Positions 53,699-63,202 of a DNA stretch of 64,000 bases are shown here, in pieces. The first letter of the stretch is position 1. Each line of letters starts with the position of its first letter. The stretch comes from an uncultured bacterium. Its GTDB lineage: Bacteria; Planctomycetota; UBA1135; GCA-002686595. The notes beneath the pieces were generated by a model. The model was not told the DNA's origin. It worked only from the letters and a program-made list of their open reading frames with translations, and did not search any database. The stretch is from contig CALSNU010000001.1 of the NCBI GenBank assembly GCA_943787795.1, positions 96,001 through 160,000 of the forward strand. Direction: 5' to 3'. The translations under genes were made by a program, and so were the position numbers.

Positions 53699-54251
53699 TC
53701 AGGTGCGGTAGCAGCCAGAGGTAGACGCCTGAGATCCACAGGCCCAGCAGGATCACCGCCGCTGGCAGGAAGATCCAGAGCTTGGCACCCTCGGCGAAGA
53801 ACGACCCGTCGTGGATGGACTCGATCAGATCCGAGCGACGATAGCTGGCCTGGAGCACCTCGCCCGTCGCTGCGTCAAGTTGGACCTCCCAGCGGTTCTT
53901 TCCCCGGACCTTGAGCATGCCCTTGCCGGGCCGGACGTCCAGTCGGTCGACGTCGTCCCAGGTCTTGATCCCTGCCTCGTCGACGCTCGCGGCGCCCGCG
54001 AGGATGGTGTCCCAGCTCACCTCGAGCCCCGCGGTCGAGCCGCGCACGGTCAGGGGCTGGACGAAGGACCAGTCCTTCTTGAGCTGCAGGAAGAGGCCGC
54101 TGACCACGATGACGAGGACGGGGAGCGCTGAGATCAGCGCGCCTACTCGGTGGAGCCGGCGGTTGAGCTTCGGCGCCCGGCTCTTTCGCGCGTGAGCCGC
54201 TGTGGCGGTCGGCTGCGAAGAGCGGCGAGTGCGATCCTCGGAGTCGGTCAT
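53676..54251 (-). CDS. PepSY-associated TM helix protein
   Basis: RRLHR.G...P......SGL.LQ.K, LDVRPGKGM.KV, WEVQLD..TGEVL, RRSDLIESIHDGSFF, ISG.YLW. Confidence 0.85.
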   Translation of the reverse strand: MTDSEDRTRRSSQPTATAAHARKSRAPKLNRRLHRVGALISALPVLVIVVSGLFLQLKKDWSFVQPLTVRGSTAGLEVSWDTILAGAASVDEAGIKTWDDVDRLDVRPGKGMLKVRGKNRWEVQLDAATGEVLQASYRRSDLIESIHDGSFFAEGAKLWIFLPAAVILLGLWISGVYLWLLPHLIRRRRRA

Positions 54252-55699
54252 CGGTTCGGCGCGGCGAAGCGCGCGAGGTCGAGTGGAGCGCCCGTGAGCG
54301 AGCGGAGAAAGGCCACGAGGTCAGCCTGCTCCTCCTTCGTCAGCCCGAGCGGTACGAGGATCTTCTCCGTCGTTCCTGTCGCCCTCGCAGTCTCCCTTGT
54401 GGCGTAGAACGACACGACCTCTTCGAGGGTCTCAAAGGCGCCGTTGTGCATGTACGGAGGGGTCGAGGCGACGCTCCGAAGGGACGGGGTCTTGAACTCT
54501 CCGGGTCCGTGCGCGTGGCCCGCAGCGGGCAGGAAGTCCACCTTCACTCCGGCCGGCCCCTCGGGATCATCCGACCAGCGAGACCGGACGCCGAACTCAA
54601 AGGCGCGCAGGGCCTCGAGTCCGCGGGCGCGACCCGGGTCGTCTACCGGCGCGCCCGGAACTTCCGGGACCCCCGTATCGTGGAACTCGAGATCGGTGAA
54701 GAGCGGGCCGCCGTGGCACGAGATGCAGCGAGCCTTGCCGACGAACAGCTCGAAGCCGCGGGCGGCGCTGTCGCTCAGACTCGCGACCCCCGCGGGGTCC
54801 CCCTCGCGGAGGCCAGCGACGAAGCGGTCGAAAGGAGCGTCCCTGGACTCGATCAGGCGCTGGAATGCGGCGAGGGCCTTCCCGACGTTGACGAAGACGC
54901 TGGTCACGGCCTCCTGGTCCTCGGCGGCCATGGCGTCCCAGGCTCGCTGGTGGGGGTGGCGGAAGCCGCTGCCGAAGAGGTGGGTGTGGTGCTCCTCATC
55001 GCCCCGCTTCGCGCGGGCGTGCTCGTCCGCAAGCTGGTGGGCTCGGTCATTGGCGGGCACGGGGCGGGCGATCGCGGGGAAGCGCAGGGCATCCTCGAGG
55101 GGGGGGAGCGCCCCGAAGACGCGCTCGTACCTCTGGCGGAGCTCCGCGTCGTCATGGATCGCGTGCGCGACTCCGGCCCGCGTGAAGGCGTGTTCGAGGG
55201 GGTCCTCGATGGGGACGAGCGACTGGGACCACAGGCTGTCGGCACGGCCGTCCCAGAAGAACCAACGCTGGTGCGCGAGGTTCCAGAGCGGCATGGTGTG
55301 CCGCTCGAGGGGCAGCACACCGAGGGCGAGGCGCCGGCCATCCACGAAGGACTGCTCGGGGAGATGACAGGTGGCGCAGGACACGTCGCCGTCCTTGGAG
55401 AGCGCGGTCGAGTGGAAGAGCAATCGACCGAGCTCCGCCGCTTGCGGGTCGGCGTCGAAGAGGTTGGTGGGGTCGACCGGCGCGGGTGGAACGGGCGACA
55501 TGCGGAGCGCGGCCTGGACCGCCGCTGCGCTGATGGGGGCCGGACTCCCCCCCGCGAACCCGCCGTGAGGGCCAGCGGGAGAAGCGGTCAAGGCGTCCCG
55601 TTGGGGGGCCGGCCCGTCACCGCAGGCGGAGAAGGCCCAGAGGACCCCGAGGGCGAGCGCAGCGGGCCGAGCGCCGGCGGTGGGCAGCGTGCGGCTCAC
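54248..55699 (-). CDS. Diheme cytochrome c peroxidase family (MauG/MbnH-like) lipoprotein
   Basis: Lipobox FSAC; LGRLLF, CATCH, FWDGRADSLWSQ...P.E...EH, CISCH, FKTPSLR.V..T.PYMHNG. Confidence 0.9.
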   Translation of the reverse strand: MSRTLPTAGARPAALALGVLWAFSACGDGPAPQRDALTASPAGPHGGFAGGSPAPISAAAVQAALRMSPVPPAPVDPTNLFDADPQAAELGRLLFHSTALSKDGDVSCATCHLPEQSFVDGRRLALGVLPLERHTMPLWNLAHQRWFFWDGRADSLWSQSLVPIEDPLEHAFTRAGVAHAIHDDAELRQRYERVFGALPPLEDALRFPAIARPVPANDRAHQLADEHARAKRGDEEHHTHLFGSGFRHPHQRAWDAMAAEDQEAVTSVFVNVGKALAAFQRLIESRDAPFDRFVAGLREGDPAGVASLSDSAARGFELFVGKARCISCHGGPLFTDLEFHDTGVPEVPGAPVDDPGRARGLEALRAFEFGVRSRWSDDPEGPAGVKVDFLPAAGHAHGPGEFKTPSLRSVASTPPYMHNGAFETLEEVVSFYATRETARATGTTEKILVPLGLTKEEQADLVAFLRSLTGAPLDLARFAAPNR

Positions 55700-56214
55700 A
55701 GCGTGATCGTGTCGTCAGCGGTGGAGGCCAGGCCGTCGATGGAGGCGCTGATGGAGATCGACCACTCACCTCCCATGTGCAGGAGGAGGCCCCGGACCCG
55801 GTAGACGCCGCCGCCGATGTGCTCGGTGCGGGGCTCGCGGAGCATGCCGTGACCGTGAGCTGGCATGAAGCAGGTCATGGACACCTCGGCGTCCTCGAGG
55901 AGTGGGCTGGCCGGGGCGCCCGCGGGGGCGCCCATCGCGCGCCGCACCGTGACATCTGCCTCGAAGTGCTCGTTGACAGGGACCTCGCCTCCCACTGGTT
56001 TCCAGGAGAGCACGAGTTGGCCGTCGCGGGTGAGGCGCTCCCTGGGCTCAGTGACCGCGAGGGCGTAGCGGTCCGGCTGGGCCGTTGCTGTTTCCACGGC
56101 GGCCCCCGCCGCTCCGGGCGGCGTGTCGCCTCCGGTGCAGCTGACCAGCAGCACCACGAGGAGCGGCAAGGAGAGGACCGGGTGGCGCCGGATGGCCATG
56201 GAGTCGATGCCCAT
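55696..56214 (-). CDS. YtkA/FixH-like Ig-fold lipoprotein with an MPAHGHGM metal motif
   Basis: Lipobox LVSC; MPAHGHGM...G.YRV.GL.LHM.G.W. TACAGT 6 nt before ATG 56214. Confidence 0.8.
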   Translation of the reverse strand: MGIDSMAIRRHPVLSLPLLVVLLVSCTGGDTPPGAAGAAVETATAQPDRYALAVTEPRERLTRDGQLVLSWKPVGGEVPVNEHFEADVTVRRAMGAPAGAPASPLLEDAEVSMTCFMPAHGHGMLREPRTEHIGGGVYRVRGLLLHMGGEWSISISASIDGLASTADDTITL

Positions 56215-56263
56215 GGGCACACTGTAGCCCTCCAGCGCGGCTCATTCCCGGCTTCGTCGCCAG

Positions 56264-57967
56264 TCAGCCGCCCTTCTTCTCGATCTTCGACCAGCTGTCT
56301 CGGAGCGTCACAGCGCGGTTGAACTCGACGCCGTCCCCGTCGGTGCGAATGAAGTAGCCGAGGCGCTCGAACTGGAAGCGCTCGCCCGCCTGGGAGTCTC
56401 CGAGCGCCGGCTCGAGCTTTGCGTCCTCGATGGTCTCGAGGGAGTTGGGGTTGAGGTCCTCCTCCAGGGTGCGGCCGTCCGTACCAGGGCGGGGAACCTG
56501 GAACAGGTGGTCATAGAGGTGGACGCGGGCGTCCACCGCGTCGCGGGCGCTGACCCAGTGGATCACGCCCTTGACCTTCTTCTCACCCTCGGGGGTGACG
56601 CCGCCGCCGGTGCGCGGGTCATAGGTGCAGCGCAGCTCGACGAGCTCGCCGGCATCGTCCTTGACGACCTCGTCGCAGCGGATCACGTACCCGAAGCGCA
56701 GGCGGACCTGGCCCTCGGGGCGGAGCCGGAAGAACTTCTTCGGCGCGTCTTCCCTGAAGTCGTCCTGGTCGATCCAGATCTCGCGCGTGAGGAACACGGG
56801 CCGCGTGGAGCTGTCCTCGAGCTGAGGGTTGTCCACCGCCGCGCACTCCACGGCCTCGCCGTCCTCGAGGTTCGTGATCACGACCTTGATCGGGCGGAGC
56901 ACCGCCATGCGCCGCAGCGCGTGCTCGTTGAGGTCCTTACGCAGGGCGTTCTCGAGGAGGTGCAGGTCGTGGGTCGCGTTGAACTTGGTGACCCCGACCC
57001 CCTCGCAGAAGCTGCGGATCGCCGCCGGGGTGTAGCCGCGCCGGCGCAGGCCGCGAATGGTCGGCATGCGCGGGTCGTCCCAGCCGGTCACGTGGCCGCC
57101 CTCGACGAGGACCTGGAGCTTGCGCTTCGAGGTGATCGTGAAGGTGGGGTTCAGGCGGGCGAACTCGATCTGGCGCGGGCTGGAGATGCCGTCGATGTGC
57201 TCGAGGAACCACTCGTAGAGCGGACGGTGGTTCTCGAACTCCAGGCTGCAGAGCGAGTGGGTGATGCCCTCGATGGCGTCCGACTGCCCGTGGGCGAAGT
57301 CATACATCGGGTAGATGCACCACGCGTCCCCGGTGCGGTGGTGGTGCGCCCGCGCGATGCGATAGAGCACCGGATCCCGCATGTTGAAGTTCGGGGACGA
57401 CATGTCGATCTTGGCGCGCAGGGTGTGGGCGCCGTCCTCGAACTCGCCCGCGCGCATGCGGCGGAACAGGTCGAGGTTCTCCTCGGCCGAGCGGTTGCGG
57501 GTCGGGCTGTCCTTGCCCGGCTCGGTCGCGGTCCCGCGGTACTCGCGGGTCTGTTCGGCGCTGAGGTCACAGACGTAGGCGAGCCCCTTCTCGATCAGCT
57601 GCTCGGCAAATCCGAAGAGCTGGTCGAAGTAGTCCGAGGCGAAGTACTCGCCGCCGCCCCACTCGTACCCCAGCCAGCGTACGTCCTCGCGGATCGCGTC
57701 CACGAACTCCTGATCCTCCTTGGCGGGGTTCGTGTCGTCGAACCGCAGGTTGGTCTGCCCGCCGTAGCGCGCCGCGATCCCGAAGCCCGTGCTGATGGCC
57801 TTGGCGTGACCGATGTGCAGGTAGCCGTTCGGCTCCGGTGGGAAGCGGGTCAGCACCCGCCCGCCGAATCGGCCAGACTCGATGTCCTTCTCCACCTCCA
57901 GTTCGACGAAGTTCCGGTGGTCAGCGGCGTCAGTGCCCTCAGGGGCGTCTTGATTGGGGGTGGCCAT
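56264..57967 (-). CDS. glnS: Glutamine--tRNA ligase
   Basis: TRFPPEPNGYLHIGHAK, RFDDTNP.KE, WCIYPMYDFAH, SKRKL, WDDPRMPTI.GLRRRG, FQFERLGYF. Confidence 0.98.
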   Translation of the reverse strand: MATPNQDAPEGTDAADHRNFVELEVEKDIESGRFGGRVLTRFPPEPNGYLHIGHAKAISTGFGIAARYGGQTNLRFDDTNPAKEDQEFVDAIREDVRWLGYEWGGGEYFASDYFDQLFGFAEQLIEKGLAYVCDLSAEQTREYRGTATEPGKDSPTRNRSAEENLDLFRRMRAGEFEDGAHTLRAKIDMSSPNFNMRDPVLYRIARAHHHRTGDAWCIYPMYDFAHGQSDAIEGITHSLCSLEFENHRPLYEWFLEHIDGISSPRQIEFARLNPTFTITSKRKLQVLVEGGHVTGWDDPRMPTIRGLRRRGYTPAAIRSFCEGVGVTKFNATHDLHLLENALRKDLNEHALRRMAVLRPIKVVITNLEDGEAVECAAVDNPQLEDSSTRPVFLTREIWIDQDDFREDAPKKFFRLRPEGQVRLRFGYVIRCDEVVKDDAGELVELRCTYDPRTGGGVTPEGEKKVKGVIHWVSARDAVDARVHLYDHLFQVPRPGTDGRTLEEDLNPNSLETIEDAKLEPALGDSQAGERFQFERLGYFIRTDGDGVEFNRAVTLRDSWSKIEKKGG

Positions 57968-58035
57968 GGTGGTCGTGGGTCGCTCTTGAGCCGAGGAGTG
58001 TACGCAGGCGCCGCCTCCTGCGTACCCTGACCGCC

Positions 58036-59088
58036 GTGAAGCGCTCCGAACCGCTCGATGGACTCCGCGGAGTCGCGGTGCTCATGGTGCTGCTATCCCA
58101 CGCGAGCAACGGAGGCCATGACCTGGTCCCCGGGCTAGATGCCAGCGGGATCGGCCGCAGCGGGGTCTTCCTCTTCTTCCTCCTCTCGAGCTTCCTCCTC
58201 ACCTCCCAGGTCCTCGGTCGTGCGGACGCGGGCGAAGGCGTGGGCTGGGGCCGGTTCGCCGTGCGGCGTCTCGCGCGGGTCGTCCCGGCCTTCGCGGTGT
58301 GCCTCGGCGTCTACGTGGCGCTCGGCGAGTTCTCCTCCGGCGTGGCGCTCCAGCACCTGGTCTTCCTGCGCGGGGAGGCGCACTTCTGGACGGTCCCGGT
58401 CGAGGTGCTCTTCTACATCTCGCTTCCTGCCTTGGGTCTGGTCCTGTCCGCGCTCCCTGGGGTGCCGGCCAGGGCTCTCGTATTGACCGCCGGGATCGCC
58501 GCCCTCTCCAGGCTCTTCCCGCCCGACTATCCGGCCAAGGCCCCTGACTTCACGCCCAACGTCCTGCCCTTCATGCCAGTCTTCCTGACCGGCTCCCTGC
58601 TCGCGGTCGTCGGGCCTCGCCTCTCGTCGCTCCGGGGTCGGGGAGGTCGGGCGCTCGCCTGGGCCGGCGGGATGGGCGCCCTCGGGATGCTCCTGCTCAC
58701 GCCGAGCGTGGCGTCGGTCGTCCTCGGGGAGGCGGTCCCGCACCGCCGCTTCCACCTCTGGTTCCTCGGGCACGCGGCGCTGTGGTCCCTCGTCCTGATG
58801 GCGTGCATCGTGCCGCCAGGGGCGCCGCTCCGGCGAGTCCTCTCTTGGGGACCTCTGACCGCGCTAGGGCGGATCAGCTACAGCGTCTACCTCTACCACG
58901 CCATGGCCCTCGCCCTCGCCGCTGCGCACCCGCCGGGCGGCCATGGCGGCTGGGTCGGTCCCATCGGTGTCGCCCTCTCAATCGTCCTCGGGGGCCTCAG
59001 CTACGCCCTCGTGGAGCGGCCCTCCCTCAGGGTTTCTCGAAGTGGGGGGGCGCAACTGCCCCTCCCGAAGGACGCCTCACCGGGCTGA
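58036..59088 (+). CDS. Acyltransferase family 3 (OafA-like) membrane protein
   Basis: LDGLRGVAVLMVLLSH, GV.LFF.LS.FL, RR..R..P, HFWT..VE..FY, LGRISYSVYLYH, SY.LVERP. Confidence 0.92.
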   Translation: MKRSEPLDGLRGVAVLMVLLSHASNGGHDLVPGLDASGIGRSGVFLFFLLSSFLLTSQVLGRADAGEGVGWGRFAVRRLARVVPAFAVCLGVYVALGEFSSGVALQHLVFLRGEAHFWTVPVEVLFYISLPALGLVLSALPGVPARALVLTAGIAALSRLFPPDYPAKAPDFTPNVLPFMPVFLTGSLLAVVGPRLSSLRGRGGRALAWAGGMGALGMLLLTPSVASVVLGEAVPHRRFHLWFLGHAALWSLVLMACIVPPGAPLRRVLSWGPLTALGRISYSVYLYHAMALALAAAHPPGGHGGWVGPIGVALSIVLGGLSYALVERPSLRVSRSGGAQLPLPKDASPG

Positions 59089-59278
59089 CCCGTGAGCGCC
59101 CAGGCCGTGCTCTTCGGCCTTGCAGGGGCGGTGGCGCCGTACCTGGGTGACATTGAGACCCATGCGCGCTGGCCCCGTATCGGGGGCGCCGGGCAATCTC
59201 CGGGAACCGAGGACGGCTCCCTGTCCTCTGGAAGCATGGTGGCCTCCCTCCCCCCGGAGACCCCGGTAGAATTCCGTC

Positions 59279-60922
59279 ATGAGCCAAGCCGTCCGCACGC
59301 CCTTTGTCTCGCTCGTCCTCGGCACCGCGCTCGCCAGCGCGGCCTCCGCTCAGGGATACCTGACAGCGCCCGTCGCTCCGCCGGAGAACCCGGTCACAGC
59401 AGAGAAGGCGGTCCTGGGCAAGGTCCTGTTCTGGGACGAGCAGCTCTCCAGCGACGGCTCGATGGCCTGCGGCACCTGCCACATCCCGTCCGTGGGGGGC
59501 GCCGAGCTCCGCTCAGGGCCGGGGACCCGCTTCCCTGGACCGGACGGCGTCCTCGGGACGGCAGACGACGGATTCGGTTCGCCCGGCGTGGTCAACACCG
59601 ATGGCTTCGGTCACTTCGCGCCCTCTGCGCTCTTCGGGCTCGATCCCCAGGTGACTGGCCGGTACGCGCCGAGCCCGATCACCGCGGGCTACTTCCAGGA
59701 CCTGTTCTGGGATGGCCGGGCGACGAGCAAGTTCACGGACCCGCTGACGGGCGCGACGGCCATCGCCTCCGGCGGCGCGCTCGAGTCGCAGTCCCTCGGA
59801 CCGCTGCTCTCCGACGTTGAGATGGCGGAGCCGGCGCGGGGCTTCGCTGACCTCTCGGCGCGGATCGCCGGCGCGCGGCCCCTGGCCCTCGCCACGAACC
59901 TGCCCCAGGACGTCCAGTTCGCGCTCCAGTCCCACCCCACGTACCCCGACCTGTTCACCCAGGCGTTCGGCACGGCCGACATCACGCCGGTGCGGATCGC
60001 CTTCGCGCTGGCGACGTACCAGCGGACCCTCGTCGCGGACCAGACCCCCTGGGACGACTTCCAGCGCGGCGTCTCCGGCGCGCTCACGGCCCAGCAGCAG
60101 CGGGGCATGGTGGCCTTCGAGTCCACGGCTGCCTGCGCGGTCTGCCACACGCCGCCGCTGTTCGCGAACGACAACTATCACGCCCTCGCGCTGCGGCCCT
60201 CGTCCGAGGACATCGGCCGCGCGGCGGTGACGGGTTACCCCTGGGACGAGGGCAAGTTCAAGACGCCCTCCCTGCGCAACGTGGCGCTGCGGACCCACTG
60301 GTTCCACAACGGTGCCCCCCAGATGCAGGACCTGCGCGACACGGTGGCCATCTACGGCACCGGCGTCGGCGGCGGCTTTGACAACCTCGACCCCGTGCTG
60401 AACGGCCTGATCATCCCGCCGGCCGATGTGGATGACATCACCGAGTTCCTCCACGCGCTCACCGATCCCCGGGTCGCCGCGGAGTCCTACCCCTTCGACC
60501 GGCCGACCCTGCGCTTCGAGCGCGCGGTCCCGAACCCCGAGCCCACGGGCCTGGGTGCGGTGGCCGGCACTGGTGGTACGGCCCCGGAGTTGATCCTGAC
60601 GCCGGCACCCTTCCTGGGGTCCGAGAACTTCCGTGTGGGCCTCTCCGGAGGCCTCGGGGGCGCCTTCGGCGCCATGCGACTGCGTGTGCTCGACCTGGGC
60701 GGCTTCCCCGGAGCGATTGGTCTTCGCACCCTGCCGCTGCCGGGCGGCCCCATCGTGCTCGACGGCGTGGGCCCCGGCGAGGGCTACGCGACGTGGAGCT
60801 TCCCGCTGACCGCTACTCCGGCGCTCCTGGGCCTCAAGCTCGAGGGGCAGTGGTGGGTCCGCGACGCGGCCGCGCCGGGCGGGGTCGCGCGCTCCGAGCG
60901 CTTCGTCATGACGGTGGAGTGA
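59279..60922 (+). CDS. Secreted diheme cytochrome c peroxidase family protein with a C-terminal beta domain
   Basis: Signal peptide ending ASAQ; LGKVLFWDEQLS, CGTCH, LFWDGRA, CAVCH, FKTPSLRNV, WFHNG; extra C-terminal domain ending QWWVRD...S..FVMTVE. Confidence 0.9.
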   Translation: MSQAVRTPFVSLVLGTALASAASAQGYLTAPVAPPENPVTAEKAVLGKVLFWDEQLSSDGSMACGTCHIPSVGGAELRSGPGTRFPGPDGVLGTADDGFGSPGVVNTDGFGHFAPSALFGLDPQVTGRYAPSPITAGYFQDLFWDGRATSKFTDPLTGATAIASGGALESQSLGPLLSDVEMAEPARGFADLSARIAGARPLALATNLPQDVQFALQSHPTYPDLFTQAFGTADITPVRIAFALATYQRTLVADQTPWDDFQRGVSGALTAQQQRGMVAFESTAACAVCHTPPLFANDNYHALALRPSSEDIGRAAVTGYPWDEGKFKTPSLRNVALRTHWFHNGAPQMQDLRDTVAIYGTGVGGGFDNLDPVLNGLIIPPADVDDITEFLHALTDPRVAAESYPFDRPTLRFERAVPNPEPTGLGAVAGTGGTAPELILTPAPFLGSENFRVGLSGGLGGAFGAMRLRVLDLGGFPGAIGLRTLPLPGGPIVLDGVGPGEGYATWSFPLTATPALLGLKLEGQWWVRDAAAPGGVARSERFVMTVE

Positions 60923-61035
60923 GCGCGAGGGCGCCCCGCGTGAGGGGCTCCAGCGCGCCGGCGCCTCCCGGCGCCCTGCGGCTGCGCGGGCAAGGGAGCG
61001 CGGGCGAGCGTGAGCCGCTGGCGTATGCTCTGCCC

Positions 61036-62160
61036 ATGACCTCATCCAGCAACGACCGCGCGGCCACTCTTCGGCGTCGGGACCTCATCGGCGGCGCGGC
61101 GGCGGGCGCTGCGCTCGCCTCATGCGGAGGTGGCGAAGGCGGTCCGGCCGTCCACACCGGCGACAAGCGCATCCAGTGGCGCATGCAGTCGAGCTTTCCC
61201 AGCACGCTGGACACCATGTTCGGGTCTGCGGAGACCTTCTGCGATCAGGTGGCGGCCATGACCGACGGGCGCTTTCGGATCCGCCCGTACCAGGCCGGCG
61301 AGATCGTGCCCGGCCTTGAGGTGCTCGACGCGGTGCAGAAGGGCTCGGTCCACATGGGACAAACCGCTGGCTACTACTACATCGGCAAGGCGCCAATGCT
61401 CGCCTTCGAGACCTGCGTCCCCTTCGGTCTCAACGCGCGCCAGCAGTCCGCGTGGCTTGACGAGGCCGGCGGCGCCGAGCTCATCGGCGAGGTCCTCGCC
61501 GACTTCAACTGCGTCGCGCTGGCGGGGGGAAACACCGGGACCCAGATGGGGGGGTGGTTTCGCAAGGAGGTCAGCTCGGTGCAGGACCTGCAGGGACTGA
61601 AGATGCGTATCCCCGGCCTCGGCGGGAAGGTGATGGCGGAGCTCGGCGTCTCGGTCAAGAGCCTGCCGGGCGGGGAGATCTATCAGGCGCTGGAGCGGGG
61701 CGCCATCGACGCCACGGAGTGGGTCGGCCCCTACGACGACCAGAAGCTCGGCTTCTACGAGGTCGCCAAGAACTACTACTTCCCGGGCTGGTGGGAGCCG
61801 GGCCCTCACCTCTCCTTCTACGTGAACAAGGACCAGTGGGAGGCCCTGCCCGAGTCGTACCGCGCCGTGCTCGGCGCCGCCTCGAAGGAGGCCGCGCGGA
61901 CCATGCAGACCCGCTACGACGCCAGGAACCCTGGCGCCCTGGCCGAGCTCCGCACCCGAGACCTCACGATCCGCCCCTTCGCAGACTCGATCATGACGGC
62001 GGCTCGCGACGCCTCCGAGCAGCTCCTCTCGGACTCCGCGGCGGGAGACGCCGCCTACGGCAAGCTCCTCAACCACTGGCGCAAGTTCCGCGACGAGAGC
62101 TTCGGGTGGTTCGGGACCGCCGAGCTGTCCTACGCCAAGTTCGCCTTCCCGGGACGCTGA
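61036..62160 (+). CDS. TRAP transporter substrate-binding protein (DctP/TakP-like), Tat lipoprotein
   Basis: RRRDLIG...LASC; WRMQSSFP, GNTGTQMGGWF, GLKMRIPG, ALERGAIDATEWVGPYDD, YYFPGWWEP. Confidence 0.93.
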   Translation: MTSSSNDRAATLRRRDLIGGAAAGAALASCGGGEGGPAVHTGDKRIQWRMQSSFPSTLDTMFGSAETFCDQVAAMTDGRFRIRPYQAGEIVPGLEVLDAVQKGSVHMGQTAGYYYIGKAPMLAFETCVPFGLNARQQSAWLDEAGGAELIGEVLADFNCVALAGGNTGTQMGGWFRKEVSSVQDLQGLKMRIPGLGGKVMAELGVSVKSLPGGEIYQALERGAIDATEWVGPYDDQKLGFYEVAKNYYFPGWWEPGPHLSFYVNKDQWEALPESYRAVLGAASKEAARTMQTRYDARNPGALAELRTRDLTIRPFADSIMTAARDASEQLLSDSAAGDAAYGKLLNHWRKFRDESFGWFGTAELSYAKFAFPGR

Positions 62161-62161
62161 G

Positions 62162-63034
62162 ATGGTCATCACTTCATTCAACTCCGGGCTCCTCCGCCTC
62201 GCCCTCGTCGGGGTCGCCGCTCTCCTCTCCTCCTTCGCCAACGCCGAGGACCCGGAGCCCGCGCCTCCCTCGATCCGGGCGCTCACGGCCAACGTCCGCT
62301 ACGGGACGGCCGGGGACGGGGCCCACGCGTGGCCGCTCCGGCGAGAGCTGACGCTGGACACGCTGGAGGCGGCCAGGCCAGACGTCCTTGGCCTGCAGGA
62401 GGCGCTGCTCTTCCAGCTGGACGCCGTGCGCGCGCGCTTCCCGCATCACCTCGTGATTGGCGAGGGGCGAGACGGTGGCGACCGGGGGGAGTGGACCGCG
62501 CTCCTGGTCGATGGTCGTCGCTTCACCGTGCGGGCCGCCGGGACGTTCCGGCTCGCGCCGGAGGACGAGCTCGGCGCGGTGGGCTGGGACGCCGCACTGA
62601 CCCGTATCGCGACCTGGGCCGAGCTCGCTGACCGCGAGGACGGCGGGCGGGTGATCCGGGTGATCAACACGCACTTCGACCACGTTGGCAAGCAGGCCCG
62701 CCTCGAGAGCGCGCGGCTCATCGGCCGCTTCGCGGCGGACCGAGCGGAGCTCCCGACGGTGGTGCTCGGCGACTTCAACGCGGGCGAGAAGAGCCCGCCG
62801 CTGGCGGCCTTCGCCGAGGCGGGCTTCCGCGACACGTTCCGGGACGCCAACCCCGACGAGCCCGACGTCAAGACCGGCCACTGGTTCCAGGGCGGCCGCA
62901 GCGGGGCCATGATCGACCACGTCATGGTCGATCGCCGCCTCGAGACCGTCGAGGCCTGGATCGACTGGACCGAGGCCGAAGGGCAGTACCCGAGCGACCA
63001 CCGCTTCGTCGGGGCGGTCGTCCGGCGGCGGTGA
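62162..63034 (+). CDS. Secreted endonuclease/exonuclease/phosphatase family protein
   Basis: TANVRY, DVLGLQE, NTHFDH, GDFN, IDHV, PSDH motifs. Confidence 0.92.
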   Translation: MVITSFNSGLLRLALVGVAALLSSFANAEDPEPAPPSIRALTANVRYGTAGDGAHAWPLRRELTLDTLEAARPDVLGLQEALLFQLDAVRARFPHHLVIGEGRDGGDRGEWTALLVDGRRFTVRAAGTFRLAPEDELGAVGWDAALTRIATWAELADREDGGRVIRVINTHFDHVGKQARLESARLIGRFAADRAELPTVVLGDFNAGEKSPPLAAFAEAGFRDTFRDANPDEPDVKTGHWFQGGRSGAMIDHVMVDRRLETVEAWIDWTEAEGQYPSDHRFVGAVVRRR

Positions 63035-63107
63035 GCTCGCTCGGCCTCGGGCGCCTCTCAGGCAGGCCCTGGTCCGTCAGACCCCACGCCGCGAAACACT
63101 GCGCCGT

Positions 63108-63146
63108 CAGGCTCTCTACCGGCAGGCTCTCTACCGGCAGGCTCTC
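63108..63146. repeat. 15-bp tandem repeat x2.6, intergenic
   Basis: caggctctctaccgg x2 plus caggctctc. Confidence 0.75.
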
Positions 63147-63202
63147 AGCAAGAGGGCTCACCACCGCCAGGCGCGTAGCGGGAGAAGAGCGCCTGCCGGG
63201 GG

